64,000 nucleotides of DNA. Origin: Octopus sinensis. Taxonomy: Eukaryota. Positions within the stretch are counted from its first letter, which is position 1, and the number at the start of each line of letters is the position of its first letter. The notes beneath the pieces are model-generated. The model saw only the letters and a program-made list of their open reading frames with translations, was not told the origin of the DNA and ran no database searches. The DNA is taken from the NCBI RefSeq assembly GCF_006345805.1, contig NC_043005.1, positions 49,848,001 to 49,912,000 on the forward strand, given 5' to 3'. Made by a program: the position numbers and the translations under genes. Positions 36,011 through 49,080 of this stretch are shown in pieces.

Positions 36011-36213
36011 TCGTCAGTGATACATGTGGCAAAAGAAATAAATGAGATAGTTACTCATACCCATGGAAGAAGCAAACACTAAGTCATGAGCACAACCAAG
36101 TACCCCAAATACATCCAACATAGAAATACTCCAGCCCATTCGAGACACGTGCGATTTGAACTGAGGCTCTCACAGAGTGAGATAGTCCGGAAGTGAATGC
36201 TTAAATTTATATC

Positions 36214-36513
36214 TAATGAGGATAAAATTTCTTTTGAAAAAAAAATTTTTTTTCGAAAAAAATTTTATCAATGGCCAGCATATTATAAAATACCATTAAC
36301 GGTTAAATTTACAAACAATTAAAATACAAAACAATACAAAATATATTGTCCATTGTTAATGGACAATATGTCCAATTTTTCGGCATATTTGGCATTAGAA
36401 ATTTTTTCCTTTGCCCTCATTTATGAATTGTTTATAAATTTAACCGTTAAAGGTATTTTTTAATATGCTGGCCATTGATAAAATTTTTTTCGAAAGAAAT
36501 TTTATCCTCATTA
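36214..36513. mobile_element. MITE with about 100-bp TIRs and a central perfect hairpin
   Basis: TAATGAGGATAAAATTTC… / …GAAATTTTATCCTCATTA; internal 12-bp stem at 36343-36354 / 36358-36369. Confidence 0.75.
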
Positions 36514-37219
36514 TATATATATATATATATATTTATATAGCTGAGGAGTATTTCGTTAAGAACGTATTAGAGTACAAAATAGAGCTCGTTCACCCTTATA
36601 ATTACCAGATAGCCTGCAGAATTATGGTACACTACCAATGCCTCTCATGTCGAGTGTGTACAGGCACGCTCATGCCGAGCGTATTGAAACTGTCAGCAAA
36701 GGAACCAGTTGGATGTGTGATAGCATCGAAATCAAACATTTATTTACGGAGACAGCGATTATATATCACCTGAGGAGACACAACTAGGTCCTATTGTACA
36801 TGTAAACCATTAATTTAAATTAAACAGCTGTCGAATCGTAATCCGTCTTCTTTTTGACTCTATGTGTGTGTGTGTGTGTGTGTGTGTGCATATATATAAC
36901 CTTAAAGAACACACAAATTCTTTTCCAGAAAACTCTTGCCGACTTTGCAGCAAAACCACTCCCAGAGACAATGATTTGGTACTAAGATACATAACAACTC
37001 AATCCCGTTTAATTCGTTTCATAATCTTTTTCACAGCAACCACAAACCGGGTGTGTCTATTCACCTCCAGCAATACATAGTAGTCACCATATTTGATTAC
37101 ATAACGGCTACCTCTGATGAGTGTTAAATAATTGCACTGTTACATAACATTCCGTTAAACATCTTGTGCAAAACCGACTGGTAAGATCGGCCGTAATGGA
37201 TGTACGCTTCGTATATATA

Positions 37220-37316
<97 letters not shown>

Positions 37317-37339
37317 AAGAGTCAAATTGAACATTGAAA

Positions 37340-37500
37340 ATAGCAGATAATAAAACAAGGACTTACATATGAAATGTATTAGCTTGACGCTCAGTAAAAG
37401 TGGAAAAAAGAATGCGTTTTTTATGTTTCGAGTATAGCTCTTTGTCAGAAAAAGGAGAAAGGAAAGGTCAAGAGAAGGAAAACTCTAAGGAAAGTACGCG
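37340..37500 (-). mobile_element. Family Y-related repeat with a hammerhead-like motif
   Basis: On -: TTTT-CTGACAA-A-GAGC-TATA-CTC-GAAAC-ATA-AAAA (37418-37452). Confidence 0.55.
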
Positions 37501-39139
37501 TGTGGTCATACACACACACACACACACAAACACACATAATACACTGAGTAAGTGATAGGAAAATAAGTTTTGTATAGGTAACACAAAGTAGTGCTCGAAG
37601 GGGGTGAAATTTTAAACTCTATCCTCTTCATCTATGGTCGGCGCCTCTGCTTCGAAAGCTGACTATAAAAACAATCCTTACTGAGTTGTTATGGAGATAG
37701 TAAGGTACAGAAACACAGGGTATTTACATAGAATACAAAACACAGATTACAGAAGAAAGGGGGGGGGAAGGGAAAGCAAAACAAAAACGGATGCTTAACT
37801 TAGTTTAACAATTTCCTCCCAACTAAGACATCATGCACGTATTGCATATGAATATGGCCGTCTTGAAACAGCTGTCGAGATAAGGTTTTACATAATTCTT
37901 CTGTACTTTTGTTATCTTTTTTTCTTTATTCTGTATTCTGCAATGTCTTAAACCTATACACACACACACACATGTATGTATGTATGTATGTATGTATGTA
38001 TGTATGTATGTATGTATGTATGTATGTATGTATGTATTGATACACACACACATACACACATGTCTCTCTAGAATTATTTATCTGTGCAATAAAAGTCTTC
38101 CCAAAGGAAGTAAGTAACACCAATTGTGAGTCCACACAATCATATCACGATAGTCAATCTGATGTCGCTTTCACACACAAATGAGTGAAAACAAAAACAG
38201 AGCAGAAAGAAAAGATGTAGTGGGGTGTTTCTTCGTTTGTTTGTTTGTTTGTTTGTTTGTGTGTGTGTGTGTGTGTTTGTGTATGTGTGTTTTTGTGTGT
38301 GTTTATGTGTTTTTGTGTGTGTTTGTGTGTGTGTGTGTTTGTGTGTGTGTGAGTGAGTGAATGTTTGTGTGTGTATGTGTGTGTGATTTAGTCTGATTTA
38401 AACGAACAATTTGCTTTGAATTACTTAAAATAATATAGGAACTAATTGAATAAATTATGTTTGACATTTCAATCTAACAACGTTTATGTTTAATGTTTCC
38501 TTATTTTAATCTGATTGTGCGTGTGTGTCTGTGTTTATGTTTACAGTGGTCTAAACGCCTGATGTTGTTTATGTTGAGTGTCTTTATGTAAACAGGGTAT
38601 GAGTGAGAGAGAGAGAGAGACACACACACACACACACACACAGAAAGAGGGTGGGTGATAAGAGAGTAGGACAGAGAGAGAAAGTGAAAGAGAAAGTGAG
38701 GGAAGTCAGTTGTAGAAGTGGATGGGTGGGGGTTAGGATCTATATCACAAATAAGCTGTCTCAATTGACATGCTTTTCAGTCTACTTTCTTTCTTTGTGT
38801 TGGTGTAGAACAGATCAACTGTGATAGAATGCCTCTTTCTGTCCTTCTCTGTACACACAAACACAAACATACACACATATACAAAGTGAGAGAAGAGAGA
38901 GAGAGAGAGAGAGAGGGGGAGAGGGAAAGAGAGGGGGGAGAGTAAGAAAGAGAGAAAGTGACAGAGAACAGAGAAACTATAAATATAGAATCTGAGGTGC
39001 TGGGGTGAGTTCACGATCAAAGTTATTATTAGTTTGACATTTGAAAAAAATGGAAAGAGTTAATTATGACGTTTTGGGCAATGTCATTTTTCAGAGCACG
39101 CTTGTGGAATGGTAAAAGAGGAGAGAAGACGAGGGAAAA

Positions 39140-39530
39140 TCTTTATATATTAAAGTAAGGTTGTGTGTCTGTCTACTCCGATTTAGATTCCTAACTACTC
39201 CCACATTTTGCGGTGCAGTTTAACCAAAACCGGGTATCTTATAGTCGTGATTCATATCGAGCCCTTCTGGGTATTAGCGCGCGTCTACGATGAGTCTACG
39301 ATTTTAAAAAATAATTTACCATCATTTTTTTCTATTTTAATGCATATTTTTTAAAAGGGAAGTAACTCTCTAAAAATGTCTACGATGTGTCAACGATTTA
39401 AAAAAAAATTTACCATCATATTTTTTTCATTTTTAATGCAATTTTTTGCTATTTTTTTGCTATAACTCTCTAAAAATGTTTTATAGTTATTTCCCTTACA
39501 AATCCGAGCAACGCCGGGCGATACTGCTAG
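39140..39530 (+). mobile_element. Non-autonomous Helitron
   Basis: A|TCTTTATATATTAAAG … CCGAGCAACGCCGGGCGATACTGCTAG|T. Confidence 0.9.
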
Positions 39531-39687
39531 TAATTGATTAATAGAAAAAGAAATCGAGGCGAAAATGCCCGCTCATAGCTGGTCTACACGAACGTCGTTA
39601 ACTGACCGGAAGCAGGAGAAGGTGGCGTTGTTTGGTGTCCAGTGAGCAAATGTAAAATTGTTGGCGTGCCTTTGTATGTGTTAGTGT

Positions 39688-39690
<3 letters not shown>

Positions 39691-39769
<79 letters not shown>

Positions 39770-39789
39770 GTGTGTGTGTGTGTGTGTGT
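39691..39789. repeat. (TG)n microsatellite
   Basis: Direct reading. Confidence 0.95.
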
Positions 39790-40499
39790 AGGAAGTACCG
39801 AAGAGTGTGTGTGGTCCTGTTTGCGTCTCTATGTCCGTGCATGTGCGCGTGTATGTGTATGTTTGTTCGTGTATATGATATAAAATGTTGCTCGAGTGTG
39901 TTGTTAGTTTATCGTATATCATATATGTGTGTAAGTTCATGAATGTGTAAGTGATAAAGCCAAAGCGTTGTATTGGCTAGCTAATCGTGTGCATGCGAGT
40001 GTGTGTGTGTGTGTGGGGGGGAGGGATTCGTAGTGGTCAGTGACATGTTTTTGAATAACCAACTGGCGATGTCCAGATAATGCACCATAGTAACATTATA
40101 TACTCACATGGAGATTTCGGTATTCATTACAGACCATATAACCAAAGAATTTCGGTCTTTGTGATTCGGTATTGAAGTAGGAATTACAGTAAAAATTGCC
40201 TTGTTCACTTATTTGTTCATTCCAAAACCTCAAGAGAAGTAATATTTTTTTTATCTCGCCATCTGGTGCTAAAATGAAGTTACTACCGGGGTTCCTAACT
40301 CTTGAAGTACCAACATAAAGAAAACACAGGATCCGTGGTATAGTTGAGAGTGACAAGGAATAGAAGCATTTGAAATTGATTTGAGCTTTTTTTTAAAAAA
40401 TTTATTGCAGTAATATCAATGCTTCTGTCTCTGTTTTTGACATAGACGTCCACCATGATCTAGATAGTTACTTCTTTGAACTATAGAGCTTGTTTGAAT

Positions 40500-40650
40500 T
40501 CATCATCATCATCATCATCATCATCATTACTACCATCGTCATTGTGGTCATCGTGGTCGTTGTCGTGTACGTGGTCATCGTCATCATCATCATCGTCGTC
40601 ATTATCATCATGAACGACGACAACAACAACAACAACAACAATAACAATAG
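40500..40650. repeat. Degenerate (CAT/CGT/CAA)n tract
   Basis: Direct reading. Confidence 0.9.
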
Positions 40651-40899
40651 CAAGACCTATGTCTTAAGACTCATGAGGACGATTACCTGGTTTCCATGAT
40701 GTATAAGTGACCGAGATCACAACATCATCCCTAAAAGAGTCGCCAGTCCGTTGCGGTGTTATCCGTTTTTGCCAGCTTAGTGGACCGGGGCAGTGGCAGT
40801 ATGGAATGAATTTTTTTGTTTAAGAATACAATACACTCTCTCCCCATCCAGTTCAGGCATCAGAGTACAACACCTTAATCACTAGCTCACGCACCTTCG

Positions 40900-41160
40900 G
40901 GTGTGAACTGATCCCGTACCATAAAATTTTTGGTGTAAAATTCTTTGCAAGTTATTAATCAACCGAACTGGTTTCTTGTTCTGTTCATTTGTAGATCTGC
41001 TGAGGCTGACAGTGGAACCCATCTTGATCATCCTAGAAGACAAGAGGGTATTGGAATGAGTCATAGGTCCCGTGAATTTCTGATGTTTGCTCCAAATGCC
41101 CACTTATAGACTGGTGCTTTTGAAGGCCACTGTTTAGCACCAGTCTAAGTTTCTCAGAAG
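40900..41160 (-). pseudogene. Decayed Helitron Rep/helicase fragment
   Basis: On - it translates GHLEQTSEIHGTYDSFQYPLVF*DDQDGFH, matching the Helitron Rep motif ISE.H..YD.LQYPL.F..G.DG(W/Y)H. Confidence 0.7.
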
Positions 41161-42765
41161 AAAACCTCATTCTCCCAGGAATATTATAAAAGTTCCCTGA
41201 ATTTTTGTAAGAATTTGCTCTTCAATGATGCACCAAAAGCGCAATATTTCAAAAAGCTATCTTCAAAAATATAATGCTACATTTCATATGATAGACTTTC
41301 GATTTTGGACAATTTATAAAATTCAGAAATAGTGTTAGCACTATTTAGATAAATAGAACTAACATGAACATGAAGCACATCAGCGTATTATGGTTTGTGC
41401 CTATAAGCATTCATCTGTATAACTTTTCGAAAATAAAGTGGAAAAAAAGAAAAAAAGAAAAAAAATGAATTCAAGCGATTTATTTTTGTGCAGTAATGTA
41501 TAACGTGAATGGATAGATTGAAGTGAGAGAAAGTAGAATTTCTTGAGATGAAATCAACACGACATTTCAAATTGAATGAAATTCACTGTGAAGTTTTTGA
41601 GAAGGTTACTCAAGAATTTGGCTGCCATGAGCTGTTTATTGCAATGTGTTTGTTCTTTATTTTCACTTAACTATATACCTATACAGATATTGATATATAT
41701 GTTGGATAAGTGGACCAGAGATCAATATTGATTAAACGTATGTTGCCGTTACAGTAAACATTAACCGGTAACTGTTTTCAGCACTTTAAGACTTAATTGA
41801 TGGAAAATATCTTGCGTTCAGTTACTTACAAAATTCCCACTCTGTTTTTCTATTTACCTATATCTGTGTGTCCCCCACCGTTTCCAAAAATTCGACGGGC
41901 AGTACTGTTAGCAAACGGTAACCTCTGGGACTTGCTGTAGTTGCTGCTGTTCACTGTTCTCTCTTGTTCTCTATCTTTTCCACTTCTCAAAGCAGAAAGC
42001 TATAAAGTGGCTTTTGTTGCACGGCTTTCTATCCAGCACTATTAGTTTCACAGCTTGAGGCACATCTCCTTAATAGATTTATGGCTTAATGGCTTGTAAA
42101 TCCATGCTGACTTCTTCCGATCACACATCATTTCTCGTTACTTCTGCTCATATTTTTCTCACGCAATTTGGGTTGTAGCAACAACGAACCAAGAGTCAAT
42201 GTCACAGCCGATGCCCTTGTTGCCACTCTTGTAATGCGTTGGACCATGTATTGCATACAACTTCTGGGTGGATGTGTATTACTTCTTCTATTAGACGCTT
42301 TGGCTCACCCTCAGATATTACTGAATGCATTGACCAGGTTAATGGAAACTACATTCTCTGACATAGCAGTCAGGTTTACTTCAATTACTGCTATTCCTTT
42401 CTTCGTGATGCAGCGACATACCATTTTTCTCAGTCTCTCTTGGACAAATTTCTCATTCGAGGAGATACAATCTTTTGTGATATATCGCTTCTAGACTTCT
42501 TTTTCTGATTGGATCTAATCAATGTAGAAAGATTCCTCATTGGAAGCTATATTTGCAAAGCTGTTTGTGTAATGTTGATGTTGTATATAAGCGAGTTGCC
42601 AGAACTATCCCCAATGTTACTTTCAACAGAAGAATTCCTTCTGTAGAACTCCCCCTTAAATTGCATGTCTTGGTGCAAAGCAATCCTGTTCATATTAATT
42701 TTTGTTCGTTTGCTTTCGGTGCAGTTGTTAAACTTTATCTCTTGTCAATATTTTGCATGTAATTC

Positions 42766-43190
42766 AAGGCGGCAAGCTAGCAGAATTGTTACCGTGTCGG
42801 ACAAAGCAATTCTTCCTACTTTAAATTCTGAGCTCAAATGCCACCGGGATCAACATTTCCTTTCAGGGTCGATAAATTAAGCATTAGTTGAGTACTGGGT
42901 TCAAAGTAATCGACTTATCCCCTACCCCCAAATTGCTGGCCTTGAGCCAAAATTTGAAACAAATATTCTATATCGAAAGTAAGGCGGTAAGCTGACATAA
43001 TCGTTAGTACACCGGGCAAAAGGCTTAGCGTCATTTCGTCTGTCTTTACGTTCTGAACTTAAATTTTGTCGACTCTGCTTTTCATCTTCTCGAAGTCGAT
43101 AAACTAAGTACTAGTTGAGAACAGAGGTCAATGTAATCGATTTATACCCTTCCCCCAAATTTACTAGCCTTGTGCCAAAATTTGAAACCA
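42766..43190 (+). mobile_element. Head-to-tail pair of SINE A copies (tail iii)
   Basis: Heads at about 42766 and 42980; tails …gccaaaatttgaaac. Confidence 0.8.
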
Positions 43191-43534
43191 AAGTTTTGTA
43201 ACGAATATCAGTCACTTACAACAAACAAATAGTTAAAGTGTCTTTTTTGGATTCAAGCCGGACGGAGAAAATTAAAATATAAGGTTTCACTATTCTTTGT
43301 AAGTTTTTGCCACTTCAACCGCTATTTACTCATTATACTAGAAATTGATACTTTCAAAAGTGCTCGTGAGCATTTTTGTGGTCAACCAAGCTGTGGAGGG
43401 CCCTACATTCTCTGAAGTAGAATCCCTCAAACATGTATAAACCATCAGTGTAGACTTTACTAAAAGTCTATTTTTCTTTGAGAGGAGAGTGCCCTGTACG
43501 AAGCATTTAATATATTGAATGAACTCCAACAATC

Positions 43535-43761
43535 TGTTTCTTTATTGCCCATAAGGGGCTAAACACAGAGGGGACAAACAAGGACAGACAAACGGATTAA
43601 GTCGATTACATCGACCCCAGTGTGTAACTGGTACTTAATTTATCGACCCCGAAAGGATGAAAGGCAAAGTCGACCTCGGCGGAATTTGAACTCAGAACGT
43701 AACGGCAGACGAAAGACGGCTATGCATTTTGCCCGGCGTGCTAACGGTTCTGCCAGCTCGC
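43535..43761 (-). mobile_element. SINE family A, young copy, tail i
   Basis: Near-identical to 2844-3074. Confidence 0.9.
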
Positions 43762-44859
43762 TATATTAAATGCTTCGTTATCCACTACGTTATACCTTAA
43801 ATTAGGTTATCGTTGATCTTTTCCCTTCTTGCTAATTCCTCTGTATGTCCTAAAGGCAATGAGACCTGGTTATTTGTAACACATTCTACTATGTTGTTCT
43901 TTTCCAGTTATCTATATCATGTGACTCCATTCGGCTTGTTATACTGGTCACAAACTGCAGTCATGGTTAATGACGTGGTAAAACAATATGGCTCCATTCA
44001 GTTGTTGAAGCCTGAACGTTTATGGTGCCAGATAATTCACTGTTGTTAATTTTCCTTTTATTTGATCTGCCATTCATATTTTTTTCACCAGTTTTTCTTT
44101 GGGAACTTGAACAGTGCCACTGCGTCTGCGGTTACTATCTCTCAATGCAAGCCCATAAGAAAAAGTCATCTTTAAAACGTAACAAATGAAACAATTTTTG
44201 AAATAAATAAATGCCTATTCCGAAGTAATCTAAAGATTCTAGAAATCCATTGTTTGAAAATAATCGAAAAAAAAACAAACAACAACAAAAAAACTTCTTT
44301 GCTAAATAAATTGTGGTAAAATCCCAAACATTGGGAATGAAGCAGCGGCTGCGACGGCGATGACGATGACTCTTACTACTACACTGTGTAACAAAATTAT
44401 AATATTTTTTTTACTTTGGTCAGTAAGTGTTATTTCCTATTTGCTTCTATCTAGAAATCAAAGGAAATGACTACTATTCCCTTCACACTTTGTTTTTATG
44501 ACCTGGACATCAATGCTTTGAAACTGAACTATTTTCCATTACATTTCAGACAGATTCAGTGCTGAGTTGCTGAAGCAAAAATATCGTTATAGCAAATATT
44601 TAGCTCAGTGCCACAAATTTGCTTGACCATAATCACTTGAGCATGCCCCTTAGTGACTGACAATATGTGCATCTCTGATCGTGAGCAGGAGCAGTAGGGG
44701 AGCATCATAGCCATGTGTTGAGAGGGATTCTTTGGGGTTTGAATAAATTTAACAAAAGCAAAGTTTGAAAGAAATAGCCGTTTTTCATACTTTCTAGGGG
44801 TAAGCAAATAGGAAATAAAAATCATATTGCACAGCGCTATGAGCACATTCTCCCCCTCC

Positions 44860-45100
44860 TTTAACGTCCGTTTTCCGTTCAGGTATGGGTTGGATGGCTT
44901 GACCAGAGCTGGCAAGCTGCACCAGGTTCCAGTCCGATTTGGCTTGGTTTCTACGGCTGGATGTCCTTCCTAACACCAGCCAGTCTACAGTGTGTGGTGG
45001 ATGTTTTTTACGTAGCACCGGCACGAGCGCTTTTACGTGACGCGGTTCACGAGTGCCTTTTATGTGACGCCGGCACAGGATTCTCACAGGCCGTTCTGTG
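44860..45100 (-). mobile_element. RTE-tail-like SINE/LINE fragment
   Basis: tttaacgtccgttttcc… and ggctggatgtccttcctaacacc, recognised as an RTE-type 3' end in reverse; partly shared with 22362-22432. Confidence 0.55.
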
Positions 45101-45266
45101 GAGGACAGATCTTCTTGAAGGTCTGAAATTTCGTGGGATGGGGCTAATCGATTTACATCGACCTCCAGTACTTCACTGGTACTTATTTCGTTGACCTTGA
45201 AAGGTTGAAAGGCAAAGTCGACATCGGTGGAATTTGAACTCAGAACGTAAAGATGGAGAAAATACC

Positions 45267-45491
45267 TATTTCTTTATTACCCACAAGGGGCTAAACACAG
45301 AGGGTACAAACAAGGACAGACATAGGTATTAAGTCGATTACATCGACCCCAGTGCGTAACTGGTACTTAATTTATCGACCCCGAAAGGATGAAAGGCAAA
45401 GTCGACCTCGGCGGAATTTGAACTCAGAACGTAGCGGCAGACGAAATACCGCTCAGCATTTCGTCCGGCGCGCTAACGTTTCTGCCAGCTC
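45267..45491 (-). mobile_element. Young SINE A inserted into an older SINE A, with a 15-bp TSD
   Basis: GATGGAGAAAATACC at 45252-45266 and 45492-45506. Confidence 0.9.
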
Positions 45492-47504
45492 GATGGAGAA
45501 AATACCGATAAGCATTTTATCCAGCATGCTAACGTTTACCTAGCTTGGTTTCTGATTTAGACACAGAGTGAGTAATTTTGAGGGGAGGGGATTAGTCAAT
45601 ACCATCCACCCTAGAACTTGATCTCAGAAATATAAAGAGCTAAAAACAAATATCACAGGGTATTTTGCAGAGCATTTCGTCCGACGCACTAATCCGAGAA
45701 AGGTTTTAGTCACTACCGAGAAAATGAAGTCCAAAGTCGATTCTGATAGGATTCAAATTCAGAATGTAGCTAAATTACCGCAAGGTATTTTTTCCTGGTG
45801 TTTTACGAATTCAGCCGATTTCACGCCCTTCTAGATTTGGTAATAATAGTACAAAGGAAAACCGGGAAAGGGTATTTGCTGGCATGTGGATTTCTGAATA
45901 TATTTGAGAGAGAGAGAGAGAGAGGGGGGGAGAAAGAGAGAGAGAGAGAGAAGGGGAGAAAGAGAATGGGAGAGAGAAACTGAGAGACTGCGAGTATATA
46001 TGAACATAAGAATGTGGTGTGTGTGTGTGTGTGTGTCTATGTGTGTGAGCGAGAAGAGAAGAGAGAGTGAGAGAAAAGAGTGAGAGTAAAAGAGTGAGTG
46101 TGTAGAGAGTGCATATATGAGCATAAAAGTGTGTATAGGTGTGAACATGTGTGTGAGAGAGAAAGAGAGAGAGAGAGAGAGAGGGAGAGAGAGTGAATGT
46201 GCATATAAATGAGCATAAAAGTGAGAGAGAGAGAGAGATCCTTAAGACACGGCACGATATCTCATTCGTAATGTCATTGTTGATTCTCCATCGCCGTTTC
46301 ATAAAGATTTCTGACCGACCTTTGTTCATTAGCATCTTTGTCCCATTACGTCAACACTCAACTAGAAAATTACTTTCTAAAACTCTGCAGTGATGCTGTT
46401 AACACCTCACCCAGATGGAATTGACAGTTCTCGCCGATCATCTTATTGTGTCTCAAAGCAAGTTCAATACAAATTGTGCGTACCATAATCCCTCACACTA
46501 GAAAACCTATTATTTTTCACGCATTCTCCTTCACCTTCTCGTCTCACCCTCTCTGCCTCCACCAATAGAAAATAAGAAAATTACATTCTAAAGCAAAGAC
46601 AACGTCAAATCTTAGCTTAATTATTGTTTCCATTTTTACTCATACATTTCCACTGAACAGACGACAAAATGTTCAATATACTACAACTACAATAACTACG
46701 ACTGCAATAACAACAACGACAACAACAATTCTTTTCATTGTTGCCATGATAAAAAGCGTATAAATGATCTCTGTCAAAAGCGAAAAACAAAAAAAAAAAA
46801 AATAAATAGGCAAAATATGCAATAAAAATAAGAGAAAATATTCTTGGGTGAGCGCAATATTGACAATTTTCAGAGATAACTGATTTCTAAAGAAGACACA
46901 TTTTTTTATTCCTTCAGTTAAAAAAAAAAAAAAAGAAAATCGAACCAGACATTTATTATTTTTTTTTTTTTGGTCTTACTAATAAATGTGGCATGTTAGC
47001 CAAATTTGTAGAGTGCCGGATTAAATGTCTTATAGCCTATAACTGTGTCCCCTTTTTCAGCAGTTCAGATACTACTAAAGTCAGCTAATTGTAGCAATAG
47101 ATCAAACTATGTTCCTCTGCGTAAATCAGTTTTTGTCTTTTCTTGTTTTTAGATAGTTGGTAGGAATTGGTTTGAGGGAAATATGGTTTCTTTCCCACTG
47201 CAGGTTGGTCAACTATAAAGAGATTCTACACATTGGCATTTGAATTGTTTAACCCCAGAGCATTTTCGATGAAGGAGATCAAAAGCTTTCTATCAAGTGA
47301 CGAACCATTTTTTTTTCTTTTTGACAACAGTGTATCAAGTCTATATTTTTTAATAAACCCTGCTGTTGAGCAATTATGTAGAGGGCCCACGTTGGTGTTT
47401 TTGCTGGTGGCCTTTTTTAACACTAGGGCAGTCATGATGAAGTAGACTTATGACGAGACGAAAGGTTTCCAGTGAGTTACCATCCGTTATTTTTTTTAAC
47501 ATAG

Positions 47505-47955
47505 CGTATAACCCGCATGGTTCTTGGTCTCAAGCATTTGTCTTATGAAGAAAGGGTGAAGACGCCCGACCTTTATTCTCTAGAAAAACGACGACGCCGT
47601 AGTGATCTCATTCTTGCTCACAACATCATAAGCGGAAAGTGTAACCTCTCGAACGAGCTGTTCTTCACTCCTGCTCCAGAGCGTCGGCTGCGGGGTCACT
47701 CCGAAAAGCTCTATCTGCGACGATCTCATCTCAATCGAAGAAGAGGGGCTTTCTCCGTCCGGGTTGTGGATCCGTGGAATAAGCTGCCGGACGAGATAGT
47801 GAGGATGTCGACGACCGCGCGGTTCAAAGTCTCTCTTGACCAGAAATGGCCTGAACTCTTTGCATGAACACCCTTCCTGTACATAAGTTCATGTCCCCCT
47901 ACATGGCCTTGCTTTTTGCTTTTTGAGCCAAAAAATTAACTTAACTTAACTTAAC
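47505..47955 (+). mobile_element. 5'-truncated CR1-like LINE 3' end with a (TTAAC)n tail
   Basis: LSYEERVKTPDLYSLEKRRRRSDLI…LRGHSEKL…FSVRVVDPWNKLP; tail ttaac repeats; TTAACATAG at 47496-47504 and 47956-47964. Confidence 0.88.
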
Positions 47956-48034
47956 TTAACATAGGGCAGATTCTATTTTTGTATTTATGGCATTGAAACC
48001 TGAACAGTCTATAAAGCTCAAATAAACAAGTTAC

Positions 48035-48330
48035 GTGCATATATGACGAGACAGCTGCAACAGATTATTACAAGGTCAGAAATGAAGGGCTCCTTCGGCG
48101 TGCTGGTCTGCCTGCAATGACGGAAACCCTCATTGATAGACATTTACGTTGGTCGGGACAGTAGCAGACTCGCAGACAACTCCCTTACTCCCAACTATGT
48201 CAGGGTTAAAGAAAGCACGGAAGACCTAGACTGAGATTCAAAGATACTGCAAAACGGAATATGAAGTGGAAAGGAATATAAATGGCAAACTCAAGTGAAA
48301 AACAGACCAGTATGGAGAAAGCTTAACAAG
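48035..48330 (+). mobile_element. Decayed RTE-clade LINE ORF C-terminus
   Basis: VRNEGLLRRAGLPAMTETLIDRHLRWSG…YSQLCQG*RKHGRPRLRFKDTAKRNMKWKGI. Confidence 0.8.
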
Positions 48331-48644
48331 ATATATGCCAAAGCCATAAGCTGCCATTGTTGCGATGACTGACTGCAGATAAATAGGGGAAATTCTATTC
48401 TTGTCTTAATTACTAACAACAGTAGAATTATGTGAGATTGCGAGAATACATACTTGTCTGTGGCAGGATTGCTCGTCATTTATAAAAAGTGAATAAACAA
48501 TTCCGTTGGTTGTCAACTCATGAAGTACAAAATACATCTATCATTGCATATTGACTCATTGAAATTACGGGATACAATTTTCACACTTCAGAAGTTACAG
48601 TAATCAACTACGTCATCAATGTGAATCAACCATCCTATCTATAT

Positions 48645-49080
48645 TGGTTTCAAATTTTGGCAGAAAGATCAGCAATTTCGGGGAAGGAGCGTAAGTTGAT
48701 TACATTGACCCCAGTGATCGACTGGTACTTATTTTATCGACTCCGAAAGGGATGAAAGGCAAAGTTGACCTCAGCAGAATTTAAATTCAAAACCTAAAGA
48801 TGGACGAAATGCCGCTAAACATTTTTTCCCAGCGTGCCTACGATTCTTATTTCTTTATTGCCCACAGGGGCTAAACATAGAGGGGACAAACAAGGACAGA
48901 CAAAGGGATTAAGTCGATTACATCGATCCCAGTGCGTAACTGGTACTTAATTTATCGACCCCGAAAGGATGAAAGGCATAGTTGACCTCAGCAGAATTTA
49001 AATTCAGAACCTAAAGATGGACGAAATGCCGCTAAACATTTTCCCCCAGCGTGCCTACGATTCTGCCAGCTCACCGCCTT
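48645..49080 (-). mobile_element. Composite SINE A with an internal 97-bp duplication
   Basis: 48751-48847 and 48968-49064 share private variants and flank a tail-i SINE 3' half. Confidence 0.85.

Noticed and set aside
42130-42720. Coding-like stretch, possibly a decayed transposase or exon
   Set aside because: Broken frames on both strands and no motif I can recognise; it needs a tBLASTx search.
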